A stretch of DNA of 64,000 bases from Eledone cirrhosa (taxonomy: Eukaryota). Each line of letters begins with the position of its first letter. Position 1 is the first letter of the stretch. Positions 13,198-26,507 of the stretch are shown here, in pieces. Under the pieces are notes generated by a model that worked only from the letters and a program-made list of their open reading frames with translations, was not told the origin of the DNA and did no database searches. Location of the stretch: the NCBI GenBank assembly GCA_964016885.1, contig OZ024747.1, forward strand, positions 59,644,001 through 59,708,000. Reading direction: 5' to 3'. The translations under genes were made by a program, and so were the position numbers.

Positions 13198-13362
13198 CAG
13201 GTCCTCCAAGAGAAATTTTGAAAAGAGGTACCAAACCCCTTTCGGGCCAAAAGTAGGCAAATATTTTTCTCAAAATTGATCTTGCATGGTTGCTGTGGGC
13301 CCTTCTTAGCTCTTGGGCTTCGGAACAAAGTACCAGCTAGACCGCCCCTCTCGTAGGCCCTG
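13198..13362. mobile_element. hAT-type MITE (165 bp)
   Basis: Perfect 8-bp TSD TCTAACCC (13190-13197, 13363-13370); imperfect 15-bp TIRs CAGGTCCTCCAAGAG / CTCTCGTAGGCCCTG. Confidence 0.85.
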
Positions 13363-13997
13363 TCTAACCCATGCAAGCATGGAAAATAAATTTAAAATGA
13401 TGATGATGATGATGATGATTTACTTCAGTTTTTATATTTAGCATTCCTTTCTGCTGTTTTCTATTTACTTTCTTTGATTCCCTCTCTAATCCAGACTCAG
13501 CTGGTATTAACAGTTCCTCATTTACTTTGGTAGCATTTCACCAGACTTTTATAGACTTTATAACTTTGGGCAAACTTAAAATCAAAGAGAAAAGCCATTT
13601 TACTAGTCCTGGAATTGGTCCAGAAAATGTTATTAATTACTATTAATTTGTTTCCTAGCAATGTATTGTGTATATGTGTACATATATGTATAGGCATAGA
13701 TATATATATATATATATGTAAATGTGTGTGTATATATATGTATGAGTATGCATATGTGTGCATATATATATAAATATATGCATGCACATATATGTATATG
13801 TTTGCTGCTTTGTGCATACATATCTTTGCTGACCTGTGCATATATGCATACCTGCACACATCATTTTTACTATATATCTCTGCATAGATGAATAAATCTG
13901 GTTAACTTCAAACAAAATTACTTATAGAATTGTCTTTGAAAATGTAGTGATAATAAAAGAACAATAGGCAGTTAAAATCATTTTCCCATTCACAATA

Positions 13998-14148
13998 GAC
14001 TCTCTCTCTCTCTTTCTTTCTCTCTCTCTCTTTCTTTCTCTCTCTCTCTTTCTTTCTCTCTCTCTCTTTCTTTCTCTCTCTCTCTTTCTTTCTCTCTTTC
14101 TCTCTCTTTCTTTCTCTCTCTCTCTTTCTTTCTCTCTTTCTCTCTCTT

Positions 14149-14224
<76 letters not shown>

Positions 14225-14259
14225 AGCTCAGCCATTCAGTCTGTCGTTTAGATGTCTAT

Positions 14260-14290
<31 letters not shown>
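13998..14290. repeat. (CT)n/(CTTT)n, (TA)n and (CA)n microsatellites
   Basis: Directly visible. Confidence 0.95.
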
Positions 14291-14799
14291 TGCAGAAGGA
14301 TTTGTTGCATCCACTTCATCTTCCTGATGAATATAATAAAACTTTTATCTGCACATATACACTGTGCGCTTTATGTGCAATAACCTGCACTAATGGACAA
14401 TATTGCAAGTATTTCAGTTGATTCCTAATTTAGTATCTTTATGAAGATGTTTCTACATTATCAGTTAATAGCGGAAACTGTTTTATCTTTTATGGAGAGG
14501 ACAAACCTGTATGATATAAAAGTTCTGATGATAACTACTGCTATATCTCTTCCTTCATGTTTTTTGTTTTTGCTTTTGTCAAAGTTCTGAACATTCTCTT
14601 TAGTTGGGTGGGGTGTTTTTCCTGTGCCATTTGAATTTTCCTCTATCTCTTTTAAATGAACAACCCACAAATCTCTGCGGTGTTGATATGACTAAACCAG
14701 AGAGTAGAATGACACATCTTTAGTCTCCACTAAAGAATTCTGTTTCATAGGATTTTGCTTATCAATGCTTGATATGTTATTGGTTTTTTTAAAACATTA

Positions 14800-15095
14800 C
14801 TTGTAGGTATCATGACAAAAAGCAGCCAGCCCACACTTTAATATGGTCATGTAGGTGTCATGACAAAAGGCACCCAGCCCATATTCTAAAGTGGTTGTGT
14901 AGGTGTCATGACAAAAAGCATCCAGCACACACTATAAATGTGGTTGACATTAGGAAAGCTATCTAGTTGTAGAAACCAAGCCAAAATCAGTTCTGTATGA
15001 GCAAGACATGGTCATCTGACCTCGACTTGCCTCAAATAGGACAACCCGTCTAACACATGATAGCATGGAAAATGGTGACGCTGCTGATGATGATT
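14800..15095 (+). mobile_element. RTE-tail-type repeat with ~50-bp subrepeats
   Basis: Three GTAGGTGTCATGACAAAA units, then TTAGGAAAGCTATCTAG...CATGATAGCATGGAAAATGG...(TGA)n. Confidence 0.65.
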
Positions 15096-15516
15096 ATTTC
15101 AGAAATATTGTTCAACCCTTTCATGACCATATTCCTAAATTATAAGTGTGGAAAAACAGACGTAAAAACGATGGTAATGAAGATTGAATCAGTTAAAAAA
15201 ATTATGGAAGAATTTACTAGATGTATTATTTCATTATAAAGATGATATTTTTTCTACAAATTAACAAAAGGTTCTCATATCAAATTATGTTGGAAGAGTT
15301 TAATTTAAATAGGGACGTTTTGAAATGGAAAGTTTTGTTTTATAGAAAGAGAGTGGGGAGTGTGAAGCAGGTTAATATGGTGTAGTAACTATAGAAAATT
15401 TAGGTTGACGAATAGCGATGTTATAGTGTATAAAGTACAGTTAAACTGGAAGCTATTGATCCAAAAGACGCCATCTCAAGTGAAAGAGTAGAGACAATGT
15501 AGTGTCTATAGGACTA

Positions 15517-16087
15517 TTTAGTCGTACTGACCACATGACCTCTCTAGTGTTGGTACCACAATGACCATTTAGTCTTACTGACCACATGACCTCTCTAGTG
15601 TTGGTACCACAATGACCATTTAGTCTTACTGACCACATGACCTCTCTAGTGTTGGTACCACAATGACCATTTAGTCTTACTGACCACATGACCTCTCTAG
15701 TGTTGGTACCACAATGACCATTTAGTCTTACTGACCACATGACCTCCCTAGTGTTGGTACCACAATGACCATTTAGTCTTACTGACCACATGACCTCTCT
15801 AGTGTTGGTACCACAATGACCATTTAGTCTTACTGACCACATGACCTCTCTAGTGTTGGTACCACAATGACCATTTAGTCTTACTGACCACATGACCTCT
15901 CTAGTGTTGGTACCACAATGACCATTTAGTCTTACTGACCACATGACCTCCCTAGTGTTGGTACCACAATGACCATTTAGTCTTACTGACCACATGACCT
16001 CTCTAGTGTTGGTACCACAATGACCATTTAGTCTTACTGACCACATGACCTCTCTAGTGTTGGTACCACAATGACCCTTTAGTCTTA
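15517..16087. repeat. Homogeneous 51-bp minisatellite, ~11 copies
   Basis: Unit TTTAGTCTTACTGACCACATGACCTCTCTAGTGTTGGTACCACAATGACCA repeated head-to-tail without spacers. Confidence 0.97.
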
Positions 16088-16090
16088 GAG

Positions 16091-16784
16091 CGGGGATCAG
16101 CAACCCCCGGTCTGCGGGCCACATCTGGCCTCCGAAGGATTTTTGTCTGGCCTGCCAACACGTTTCAATCTTGGACCAAGGAATCCCTGAAAAAGGGCTC
16201 TGAATTATTTTGTATTAGAATACTGACTAGAGAACACGTCTAGCCATAAGGCTCACTTAGCTGGATGGAATTTTTTGTGTGACAGTAACAAACAATCAAA
16301 CTGACAGATAGAATAGTCAGATAGTGAGGTCAAGGGGACTGTGTGTGCATGTATTCATGTATATACGTGCATACCTAGTATGTGTATGGCAGGGATGTGG
16401 AATGACCCAGGCTTACCTAAAACAAGTCAGCATGTCTGGCATACAGTTATTTTATTTCATCATCAAAATTGACCATCTGGACGATGTTCTACTCCACCCT
16501 TGACAAATATTTCGCCTGATGTAGCAAATCTATCCAACGACAGGTAAAACAAGTATCTCATTAAGCAATTTACCATTTCTGCCTACATTTTATTTATAGT
16601 AGGTAATGTTATTAAAGTAATATCACATACAATTCATTGTTCTTCTTTAAATCCTGTGATTAAGGTAACCTTCTAGACAGAGCAGTCTGAGGTCGAGCAA
16701 ATTCATTATATTTTGATATCATGGCCCGCCAATAACACTGTAGAGCAATGTGGCCCACACACCCCAAAAAGTTGCTGACCTCTT
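16091..16784 (+). mobile_element. Non-autonomous hAT (Charlie-like) element, ~0.7 kb
   Basis: Termini CGGGGATCAGCAACC...AGTTGCTGACCTCTT with subterminal GCGGGCCACATCTGGCC/TGTGGCCC motifs. 8-bp TSD TCTTAGAG (16083-16090) / TCTTAGTG (16785-16792). Confidence 0.82.
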
Positions 16785-17514
16785 TCTTAGTGAGTATGGG
16801 ACCTTTGTAGATTCAATGAGAAACCTCTGTGGAAAGCAGCTGATATTTTAACAGGTTGCATTCTTCGGCTTGTCAGGCAACAAAACTTGGGTCTGTCACT
16901 AAACACACCAAGTTGCTGCCAGAGAAAATATCACTATATGATAGTTATATATAAAATTTATTACAAATTTTAAATAGTATTTTTCATGTTTTGAAATAGA
17001 ATCTTTTCGGTGTGTGAACCACTGATTTAAATTGTTGAGAAGTAACATATATTCTCTAATAGCTGAATCAAACAGAGATGGAAGTACAACTAGTCATGGT
17101 GTTATGATTTATATTAAAGGGAAATATTAATGAATTGCTATCTGTAAACTAGAGCTGGTCTCTTGCTTCACATAACATAAACAGCATGAGGCAGGTGTAA
17201 ATATGGAGAGAAAAGATATTCATTAGTGTTAGTGAGATACTGGAAAGAAATGCAGTCGTCTATACCAATTAGTGAGATGCAAAATAAGTAGCATTCATTA
17301 GATATTTTATTTGATCGTCTTTAATATGAAAGTATATTTACAATTAGGTAATGATAATTGAGACGTAATGTTGTATGTGTAATTCAAGCTTGCTAGAAAA
17401 CATTTAGTGCTAATGATCTGAAGAAGTAGCTGAGTATCAATTGTTGTCGTTGTGTATAAGGAAGATAATTGCCTTGGTTTTGTTATATAATTGGATTGGA
17501 TGATACTTAGGAAA

Positions 17515-17740
17515 AAAATAAAACTGAAATTTACAGCTTCTACTTGTGCAGGTTTAGGTTGTATTTCATAGGAGCATTCTTGGGTGCTTGACTGATTTGG
17601 TGCCTCAGTCCTATCATGAAAAACAATGTGAAAGAATACGTTTTGCCAAAACACACTCCATGCCAGCCTGTCCAGGAATTGAACCCACAATCTTATGATC
17701 ATGAGTCCAGCATGCTAACCATTAGGATACACACCTTAAC
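17515..17740 (-). mobile_element. Old tRNA/CORE-like SINE
   Basis: GGAATTGAACCCACAATCTTATGATCATGAGTCCAGCATGCTAACCA is the reverse complement of a tRNA-like head; related copy at 22095-22315. Confidence 0.6.
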
Positions 17741-17790
17741 TGATTGGATTATACTTGGTGATTTATAATATAACTTCAAATAAGATTTAA

Positions 17791-18011
17791 CCCTTTAGCA
17801 TTTACATTACTCTATATATACTATTGTATTTTCACAGTAAAGGATTTACCTCACATAATTATTTCACCTAATATCGAATCTATGAGATTTTGATATTATA
17901 TATTTTGAGAACAATACCTCAACGTCAGTATGAGTGACCAGCTACAGCCAGTTTGAACAGAAAGATGTGAGAGAATTATGACTGGATATTGCTGGTTTAG
18001 ATGATAAAGGG
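17791..18011 (+). mobile_element. TTAA-flanked piggyBac-like MITE (221 bp)
   Basis: TTAA|CCCTTTAGCATTTA...TAGATGATAAAGGG|TTAA. Confidence 0.88.
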
Positions 18012-18419
18012 TTAACCGAGATCATGAAAATCTGACCAACCTGTTCAAACATAGAAAGTGTACATAAAATGATGATAATGATGATGACAAATATATGTAC
18101 TTCAGAAGCTTTTAAAATCTGTTACATTATGTGGGAGAGTTTATTGAGAGTAAACTTTGGTTTATGAATAGATGTATAGTATCATAAAATACTAAACATG
18201 AATGATGGAGATATATAAACTTGCTAGAAAGCAAATTTAACCTTTGTAATACCAAGTTGTCTGTAACCATTTCTGGTTCTATGATACAAAACTGTTTATT
18301 TTAAAGTGTTCGTTTATCTAAAAACCTTCCATCATAATTCTATGTAAGAAACTTTGTTCCAAATACCAACTTAAAAATGAAAAATTAGGTATATTACTAA
18401 ATCCCTTGGAATTCTTCAT

Positions 18420-18710
18420 CTTCTCTCACCCACTTATTCCAGAATGGACCCGAGTCCTCAAACACGCCTTCCAGCAAGTCCTGTCAGAACCAACCATTTC
18501 CAAATGATCTGGCTGGATCCCCTAACAAAACCGAGTTTATGGATGCTATCCAACACATGGTCTACCACTAGGCCTTTTGCCAGTATACTTTGCTTGTAAA
18601 ATCTCTCCAGCAATACTTTCCACTGATATTCTAACCACATGTCTTTAGCACTGGAGCTGTGACCTCTAAATGTGGTGAAGTAGGTTTTCTACCTGGAGCA
18701 ACAACTCCTT
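18420..18710 (-). mobile_element. RTE (Rex3/Expander-like) LINE 3' fragment
   Basis: CCCACTTATTCC...GAGTCCTCAAACACGCCTTCCAGC is the reverse complement of the 3' end of the LINE at 40135-40582. Confidence 0.65.
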
Positions 18711-18755
18711 AATCTTCAAGCTATGCACTCAATTGAGTAACATTATTTCATTATC

Positions 18756-18950
18756 AAAGGGTGGTGGATTGGCAGTATCGGTAGAGTGTCGGACGCCATG
18801 CTTTCCAGCATAGTTACGTCCCTTTACAGTCTGAGTTCAAATCCTGCCGAGGTTAACTTTGCCTTTCATCCTTACGGGGGTCGATAAAATAAAGAACCAG
18901 TAATGTACTGGGTAATTGATGGCCTTGTGCCAAAAGTGGAAACAATTATT
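18756..18950 (+). mobile_element. tRNA-derived SINE family A, full length, with TSD
   Basis: A/B boxes and body; 14-bp TSD ATTATTTCATTATC at 18742-18755 and 18945-18958. Confidence 0.93.
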
Positions 18951-19229
18951 TCATTATCTAAGATTCTTCATTCTTTTCAAAACCATTTAATATTCCTAGT
19001 CAGTCCTTTATTCCAAATATGGTAACAAATGAGTTAATGATGTTCCTTGTGGGAAATTTTAATTTCTTATGAGTGATGCAACTAAAATTGGTCTTCCTTA
19101 TATGAGTACATTATAGGAAGTCTGAATAGAATCAGAGAATATAGTGTAGCTGGAATATATTTATTTTATTATAATGTTTATATGAAGGTAGTAACTGCAT
19201 TATGTTGACCACTTTTAAAAGCTAACTGA

Positions 19230-19590
19230 GCATATTTTATCATGGCAATACCACTAAGGAGTTTGTCATCTCCTTGACATGATTGAAGATCTTCATAACC
19301 TTTTGTTTGGCATGAATGCCCAGTCTAATACTTACCACTTTACAGCGTTAACTGGGTATATATTATCATGGCAATAGCAGGAAGGAGCTTGGCATGGTTT
19401 TATACAGGAAAGCCCTTTCTAATACTTATCAACTTACAGGGTTAACAGGGTATATTTTATCATGGCAACAGCACTAAGGATGTTAGCATAGTTTTATACA
19501 TGATTGCCCTTTCTAATACTTCAGTGTATATTAGGGGTGTTTTATCATCACACCAGCACTATAAAAGTCATGTCCTTGGAATGACTGAAG
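19230..19590. repeat. Degenerate ~95-130 bp tandem repeat
   Basis: TATTTTATCATGGCAA(C/T)A(G/C)CACTAAGGA-like motif recurs about four times. Confidence 0.55.
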
Positions 19591-20164
19591 ATTCCTCTTT
19601 TGTATATAATAAACTTTCCAGGCTGAAATACACAAGTTACTGGATCTCAAATATTATCAATTTGAATTGATCAGTCATCTTTTTTCTCTGCATCTTCTCT
19701 GGTAGATGATAGCAAAATCTGTAGAAGAGAAGAGAAAATAAATGAAGTAGCTAAAGAATTTAGAATTTTTTGTTGAGCGTTTCAAACCATTTGCAGCCAT
19801 AGTAGAATATATTCTTAAGTTCTCTTTGAATATCTAACTACTTGTGTACCTTTTGGTTGCTTTATGCAAAGATTTGGGGAACGCACAAAGAACAGTGTTC
19901 TATAGATTTAAAAGGAATGATTAAAATTGGTGAAAAAAAAAAAAATGTATTGAAAACTAAATAGACTGATTGGCAATAAGTTGTAAATAAATGAAGTTAA
20001 GAATAAAAGAGAGGGAAATAATTGGAAAGAGAAGCAGCTGAGAGGAAAAGGGAGGAAATGAATGCCTCAATATCTTCAGAGATATAAAAAGAGCATAAAA
20101 GTGTATTAATGAAATTTAGACAAGCAGTGAACAAGGGAGAAAGAGAGGAGACTAAATACATGCA

Positions 20165-20189
20165 GTGTGTGTGGGTCTGCATGTATGTG

Positions 20190-20271
<82 letters not shown>

Positions 20272-20460
20272 CGCACGCGCGGTTGTGTCATATCTCTATA
20301 TATATAAATGTGTGCACAAACCATATGGAATGGTGTTACACGCACACACACACACTCTTTCTCTCTCTCCCTCTCTCTCTTCTCCCTCTCTCTCTTCTCC
20401 CTCTCTCTCTTCTCCCTCTCTCTCGTCTCTCTCCCTCTCTCTCGAGAGAGAGAGGGAGAG
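20165..20460. repeat. (TA)n/(CA)n/(CT)n microsatellite cluster
   Basis: Directly visible. Confidence 0.9.
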
Positions 20461-22094
20461 AACCCAAGATTATAAAATAAATAATGCAAAAATACTGGTG
20501 ATAAAATTCACTAAAACAGGTTAAAGAAAAAAAGAATGAGAAGCAAAATGGGTGTTGGTGGTGGGTAAGGTAGGTGTTAGATAGTAAAGGAGTTTAACAC
20601 AAAATAAAAAAAAATACCAGCAGGTGTGTATAGGTAGTTGAGATGTAGGCAGGTGTGTGTTGGTGCTGTTGTAATTAGAACATAAATAGTGATAGAGGAG
20701 TTGGGTGTAGTCAGTAGATTGCAAAGGGTTAAATTGTAGGTAGAGGTAGGAGTTTGTGCTGCTGTTGTTGTTGATGTTGCTCTTGTTGTTGTTGTTGTTG
20801 TTGCAGAAAGCAAGGCTTTAAAAGTAGATAACTTGTTGAGAATATAAGTTTAAGAATTGGCAATTTCAGTTAAAATGAGTCTAGATTAGATTGTGACAGG
20901 TTATTAGGCATCAAATAGAGGAATAAGTAGATAAAGCAGAACTTTATCTCTTCTATATTTATACTGTGCACTAGAAGAGAGAAGAAAAATTGTCAGCAAT
21001 AATTTTTATGTGTATGTATTTGGCTTATTGTGTGTGTGTGTGTATGTGGCTTATTGTGTGTATTGAGTTTGTGTGTGTATGTGTGTGAATTTTGGTTTGT
21101 GCTTTTATTTGGTTTATTGTGTGTGTATTTAGCTTATTGTGTGTGTATATGTGTGTACTGAGCTTATTGTGTGTATGTGTGTGTGTATCGAGCTTATTGT
21201 GTGTGTGTGTGTGTGTGTGCATAGTTTGTTTTTTTTCTACTAAGCTTTGGAAGCTTTGCTGAATCTGTTTAGTTTTTTTCTCAACTGTAATTTAGAAGAA
21301 AGACTAAAGGCCAGCTATTGTAGTTGCCATACTGTTATTTTTTTTTTACATCTTCTTTTCCATCTTTCCATGAAAAGGTCTTTGCCTGCATAGCAACCCT
21401 TCTCTTATTGGAGTCTTTTGTCATCTTCTCTGTGAGCTTCACCTATTTGAGATAACTCTTATTACAAACTCTGCCTGTCTTTCTTGGTGTTCCTCTACTG
21501 CAGCTTCTTTCCACTGCGATTACTTGGCCCTTCTTCACTCAATGACCATCATGCATGAGCATCTTTGTTCTCTCAAAGACATAATCACACCAACAAACCA
21601 AGGGTAGTGGAATAATGTATTCATTTTAAAATACACTGCCACACCCAGTATTCACTCTTGAGTTCTTTTTCATTTGGTGGTATAAGTATACAAACCACCA
21701 CCATGATATATGCCTGGGCAATGTGGGAGAATGCTCTCTGACGTACAGAATGCCAGCCACTTTACATTAAGTTACTATCTTAATAATGAAATGATTAATA
21801 ATTTTAGTAAATCCCTCAAAAGTTTTCACTAATTGATTGAAATAGAATGTATTAGAGATTCCGTCACAAAAGGATTAAATTTAAATTTGAACACTTTAAA
21901 ACATGGATTTTTGTTATAGAACCACAAGTAATTTCAGGTAAGTTCATATGAAGAAGGTTAATTAACTACTTCTATAACAAATGACTATTTACCTATTGAC
22001 TAATGTGAACCTATAAACAAACACCCAGAACTTTGGCCAAAGAAGAATTAACAGATGAAGAAAATTGGTTTTAAAAATGTTGAAATAAATAAAA

Positions 22095-22315
22095 TAAAAA
22101 TGAAATTTACAGTTCGCACCCGTGCAGGTTTAGCTGACCTTCTACAAGGTTGCATCTCAGGAAGTTATTTTGGGGGTGTTTTAATGATAGATGTCACAGT
22201 CCTTGAATGAAAAGCAAAATAAATTATCTTGCTCAAGAACATAACACATTGCCTGACTCAGGAATTGAATCCATGGTCTTATGATTGTGAGTCCAGCACC
22301 ATTAAGCCACACAGC
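22095..22315 (-). mobile_element. Old tRNA/CORE-like SINE
   Basis: TCTTGCTCAAGAACATAAC...GGAATTGAATCCATGGTCTTATGATTGTGAGTCCAGCACCATTAAGCCAC. Confidence 0.62.
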
Positions 22316-22889
22316 TCTCTGCTGGTAACATAATCTAAGATATTAATTTATGATAATTCAATATCCTGAATTATTAAAATTATTTTGGGTTCAATTTTGT
22401 TTTTCATCCTGCTGGGAAAGATTTAGAAAATAAGTAAAAGCATGGCTGTACCTTTTGCATATATGGAATTGGTATTGTGCCAGGGCAAACAGAAATCAAA
22501 TCATTATTTCATTTCATATTTACAGTTCGTAAACTCTCAAGATTTGTTTTGCTCTTTAGGTAAATCCCATACATCGCTATCTCCGTAATTAATTAAATAT
22601 GCATCACTACGTAGCTGGCTCTGGAGAAAAAGACATGTTATTGGAAAACTATGCTTGTTCTTGTGTGTATGTTGAACTGATGTTGGTTTTGATGTTAAGT
22701 TTTCCAGTTGATTCGGTCAACAGAGCTGCCTGTTCGTCAAATTTCAGTGCATGTGACTGAAAACTCCACAGACACGTCTAGACTTATTCTAATTCTCTGG
22801 AAGACTCGGCATTACAGAGTATGATAAGATTACTCTTAAAATTACTGGTACAGTTCCTTTTTTGCTAGTGGAGTGGACATATAAAAATA

Positions 22890-23400
22890 AGGATAAAGAA
22901 ATTATTGTGTACAGTGCTCAGGTGCACTACAACTCATCAAATGTGGATGTATAGTACATAGAATAATATGCAAATGTCAGGAAAGTGAACAGTGTATGAG
23001 TCATTGATATACACACACACACACATGCATGCGTGTGTATGGAGGTGGAATGTCAAATATCAGATGTAGTGTTGGTGAATTTCAGGAAGCATGGAAGATT
23101 TGAAGGATGCAGTGCCTCTACAGCTAACAATTGATCGATGCAGGTAGTTTGTTCCATGCTTCAGCAACTCAGCATGAAAAGATGCTTCCAAAAACTGAGC
23201 TGTTTTCTGACTTTGTAGTCATGCCCATGGGTGTTAGACACATGGAATTCAAAAAGGTGCTCGGGGTTGTTGTTAGCAAGATGGTTAATAATTTTGTGGG
23301 TGTTTACCAAGTCAGTTGCCAGACTTCGGAGCTTATTACATGAAGTAATGTCTCTCTCAAGGGTTCGATGTGCTGCTGGGAATTAGAATCACAATCAGGG
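22890..23400 (-). mobile_element. CR1-group LINE 3' fragment
   Basis: Minus-strand translation (frameshifted) KIINHLANNNPEHLFEFHVSNTHGHDYKV...VAEAWNKLPAS matches the CR1 C-terminal T(R/H)GH..K...WN.LP motif. Confidence 0.75.
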
Positions 23401-23704
23401 GCCAAACCTGCTATCCATTAAGGCATGAACCTGTATCTGTATAGACACACACACACACACATACACACATACATATATATACACAAATATCTATATACAT
23501 GAACACGTATATACACAAACACGTACACACACGAACGCATATATACACTAACACACACATACACACATACATATATATACACAAATATCTATATACATGA
23601 ACACGTATATACACAAACACGTACACACACGAACGCATATATACACTAACACACACACTCACACATAGATGCAGGCACACACACACACCCACACACACAC
23701 ATAT

Positions 23705-24338
23705 ATCATCATCATCATTGTTTAACGTCCATCTTCCACGCTAGCATGGGCATGGACGTGAATTGTCCCACTTGAGGCAAGATTGGTTGTCTTGCTCGTA
23801 TAGGACTGTCTGGCAGGTTTTCTACGGCTGGATGCCCTTCCTAACACCAACCACGTTTACAGTGTGGACTGGGAGGTTTTTACCGTGTTACCTACATGGC
23901 CACATTACAGCGTGGACTGTGTGTTTTATTGTCGTGACACCTACATGGCCTCATTTGTTTAGGACTGGATGTTGTGGTACCAACATAACTTTACATCGAA
24001 AGGGGTGGTGTAGATGGCGGTAGTGGGACGGGGGTGTATTTTGGTTAAGAGGTACCTACTGACTGTAGGTTTCGCTTTGTACTTAGGCAAGGCGGGTCTT
24101 CTGTATTACTACGTAGCGCCAAAGATCTCGGTCCAGTGACATTGTCTTGGAGAGGTGTAAGTGTGTGAGGTCGGATTTTATCAAGTCGTCCCAGGTTTTT
24201 CTGGGTCTGCCTACTCCGTAGCTACCGTCTATTTTGATCGCCCTGCACTTTTTTTATACAGCTGTCATCTTTCATGTGCATCACGTGACCATACAAACGT
24301 AGTCTTCTCTCGAGTAAACAGCATCTGATCCCTCTTAC
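23705..24338 (-). mobile_element. RTE-clade LINE 3' end (ORF C-terminus plus 3' UTR and (TGA)n tail)
   Basis: Translation IRCCLLERRLRLYGHVMHMKDD...GRPRKTWDDLIKSDL...DRDLWR*; near-identical copy at 56525-57015. Confidence 0.88.
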
Positions 24339-24566
24339 ATATATATATATATATATATATATATCAAACCCATGCAAGCGTGGAACACGGACGTTAAACG
24401 ATGATGATGATGATGATGATGATACATAGACTCACATGTAAATATATGCTTGAATTAACTCGGTTACACCTTTGACTCAATATGTGAAACCATATTTATT
24501 CTCTACAAGAATGGCGGTGATGCTGGTACTAGTAGCAGTTGGTCTAAATTCTATTTACTATTTACT

Positions 24567-24683
24567 GTGTTCAAATCCCGCCGAGGTTAACTTTGCCGTT
24601 CATCCTTACGGGGTCGATAAAATAAAGTACCAGTAATGCACTGGGTAATTGCTGGCCTTGTGCCAAAAGTAGAAACAATTATT
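24567..24683 (+). mobile_element. 5'-truncated SINE family A
   Basis: Starts at the B box GTTCAAATCCC; body and tail intact. Confidence 0.85.
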
Positions 24684-25574
24684 ACTGTCTTTCTTCTGTT
24701 CTTGAAGGGGACTGTCTATAAAATGACTAGTAGATAGGTATTTATAGTCATTTCCTTTACAGCCAGATCTGCCCTTCTTTACCCTTTCAACCTTGTTTTT
24801 ATTTCCATTAATTTCGTTTTTATATTTTCTTAATATTTCCATTATTGTATAAGTTCTGTTTATAAAATATATTTGACATATGTTTATATATGGTAGATAA
24901 CAAAATAAAATATGGAAAGTGTGTTGTAAAGGTGTCGATAACACTAGGTCAGAAATACCTTGCAGTATTTATTACCCCTTTCCTCCCTCCCTACTTATTG
25001 GAAAATTAAATATATAGATGCAGGCACACACACACACACACACACACACAAAACGTGTTTGCATTGTAACAGACAAAGTTAGCTATCAATGAAATAAACT
25101 AATTAAAGTGAATACAATTTGTCTGTCTCGATATAAGTCAATAAAGACAAGCTTATATTGGCAAAAGCCGTGATTCCTGGACAAATCTAAATTTCAAAAT
25201 CCAAACCCGCTCCGTAGATGAATTTGAACTTCGAAACCTAAATATGTTTCGCAACGATGGTACATGAATTGAAAAATAAAGAGAATCGAAATGGAATTGA
25301 AATAAAAAGTGAAATATCCAAATCTTCTGTGCTTATCAACAGGAATCCAGTAAAATTAGTACACTCCACCATCAAAAATTTTGCAGGTCTGACTACTAAT
25401 TGTAAACGACTGAGAGTTTAATGTCAAAATATAATATAGTATATATATATATAGATAGATGCAGGCACACATACTTTGTGCTGGGTTTGTAATGACATAC
25501 AAGTATAGAGTTTTTGGCATGTCTTTTTATCAGTCACAGAAGCATGAGAGGAAAAGGAACTAAAAAAAAGACAT

Positions 25575-26060
25575 TAAATAAAATGGTGGCATAGGTAATG
25601 TAGATAATAATGATGATGGTGTAGGTGATGATGATGATATAGGTGGTGTAGGTGATGTAGGCAATGATGAAGATGATGTTGGTGATGTAGGTGATGGTGA
25701 TGAAGGCGATGGTGATGATGGTGATGAAGGCGATGGTGATGTAGGTGATGGAGATGTAGGTGATGGAGATGTAGGTGATGGTGATGTAGGTGTTGGTGAT
25801 GGTGATGCTGGTGATGTTGGTGGTGATGTAGATGGTGATGGTGATATAGGTGATGGTGATGTTGGTGATGGTGATGTTGGTGTAGGTGATGTTGGTGTAG
25901 GTGATGGTGATGTAGGTGTTGGTGATGATGGTGATGAAGATGATGATGTAGGTGGTGATGGAGATGTAGGTGGTGATGGAGATGTAGGTGGTGATGGAGA
26001 TGTAGGTGGTGATGATGGTGATGTAGGTGATGGTGATGTAGGTGATGGTGGTGATGTACA
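25575..26060. repeat. (GAT/GGT)n trinucleotide-derived low-complexity array
   Basis: GGTGATGATGTAGGT repeats; the poly-His ORF is an artefact. Confidence 0.92.
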
Positions 26061-26119
26061 GGATTCATTAACATATTCATTGATATCATTGATATAGATA
26101 CATAACTAATTTAACCAAA

Positions 26120-26474
26120 TATATATATTTATACACTCACACACGTATGTATATATGTGTATATATATATATATATTTGTGTGTGGTGTGTGTGTGTGTG
26201 TATATATATATAATCTATATATGTGTATATATATATATATATATGTTTATATATATTTGTATATATATATATATGTTTATATATATTTGTGTATATATAT
26301 ATATGTTTATATATATTTGTATATATATATATACATGTTTATATATATGTGTGTATATATCTATATATATGTGTATGTATATATATATACATAATCGTAT
26401 ATATATGTGTGTATATATATATATCACCTATATATATATATATATATGTGTGTGGGTGTGTATATATATATATA

Positions 26475-26507
<33 letters not shown>

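Larger units (their letters stand above)
11560..13420 (+). mobile_element. RTE-tail-derived element with ~52-bp subrepeats, interrupted by a mariner and a hAT MITE
   Basis: Units GGAAAGTGGTAGTGTTG...CCACAATAAAATGTG lie on both sides of the mariner. Then TTAGGAAGGCTATCCAGCC...CCATGCAAGCATGGAAAA...(TGA)n, the tail also seen on the RTE LINE copies. Confidence 0.7.

Noticed and set aside
14461-14680. Hydrophilic 69-aa ORF as an exon
   Set aside because: Weak acceptor without a polypyrimidine tract and no recognisable homology.
15453-16124. 51-bp array as a CRISPR array or a 17-aa repeat protein
   Set aside because: Units are contiguous with no unique spacers, and there are no cas genes. The ORF is open only because 51 is divisible by 3.
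25014-25471. Segment flanked by ATAGATGCAGGCACACA with YIGKS and QTRSVDE peptide motifs (GIY-YIG or TFIIS-like)
   Set aside because: The frame is short and bounded by stops, with no Zn-ribbon cysteines. The flanking word also occurs at ~23665, so it is not a reliable TSD.
25574-26089. Poly-His protein
   Set aside because: Low-complexity (CAT/CAC)n array.
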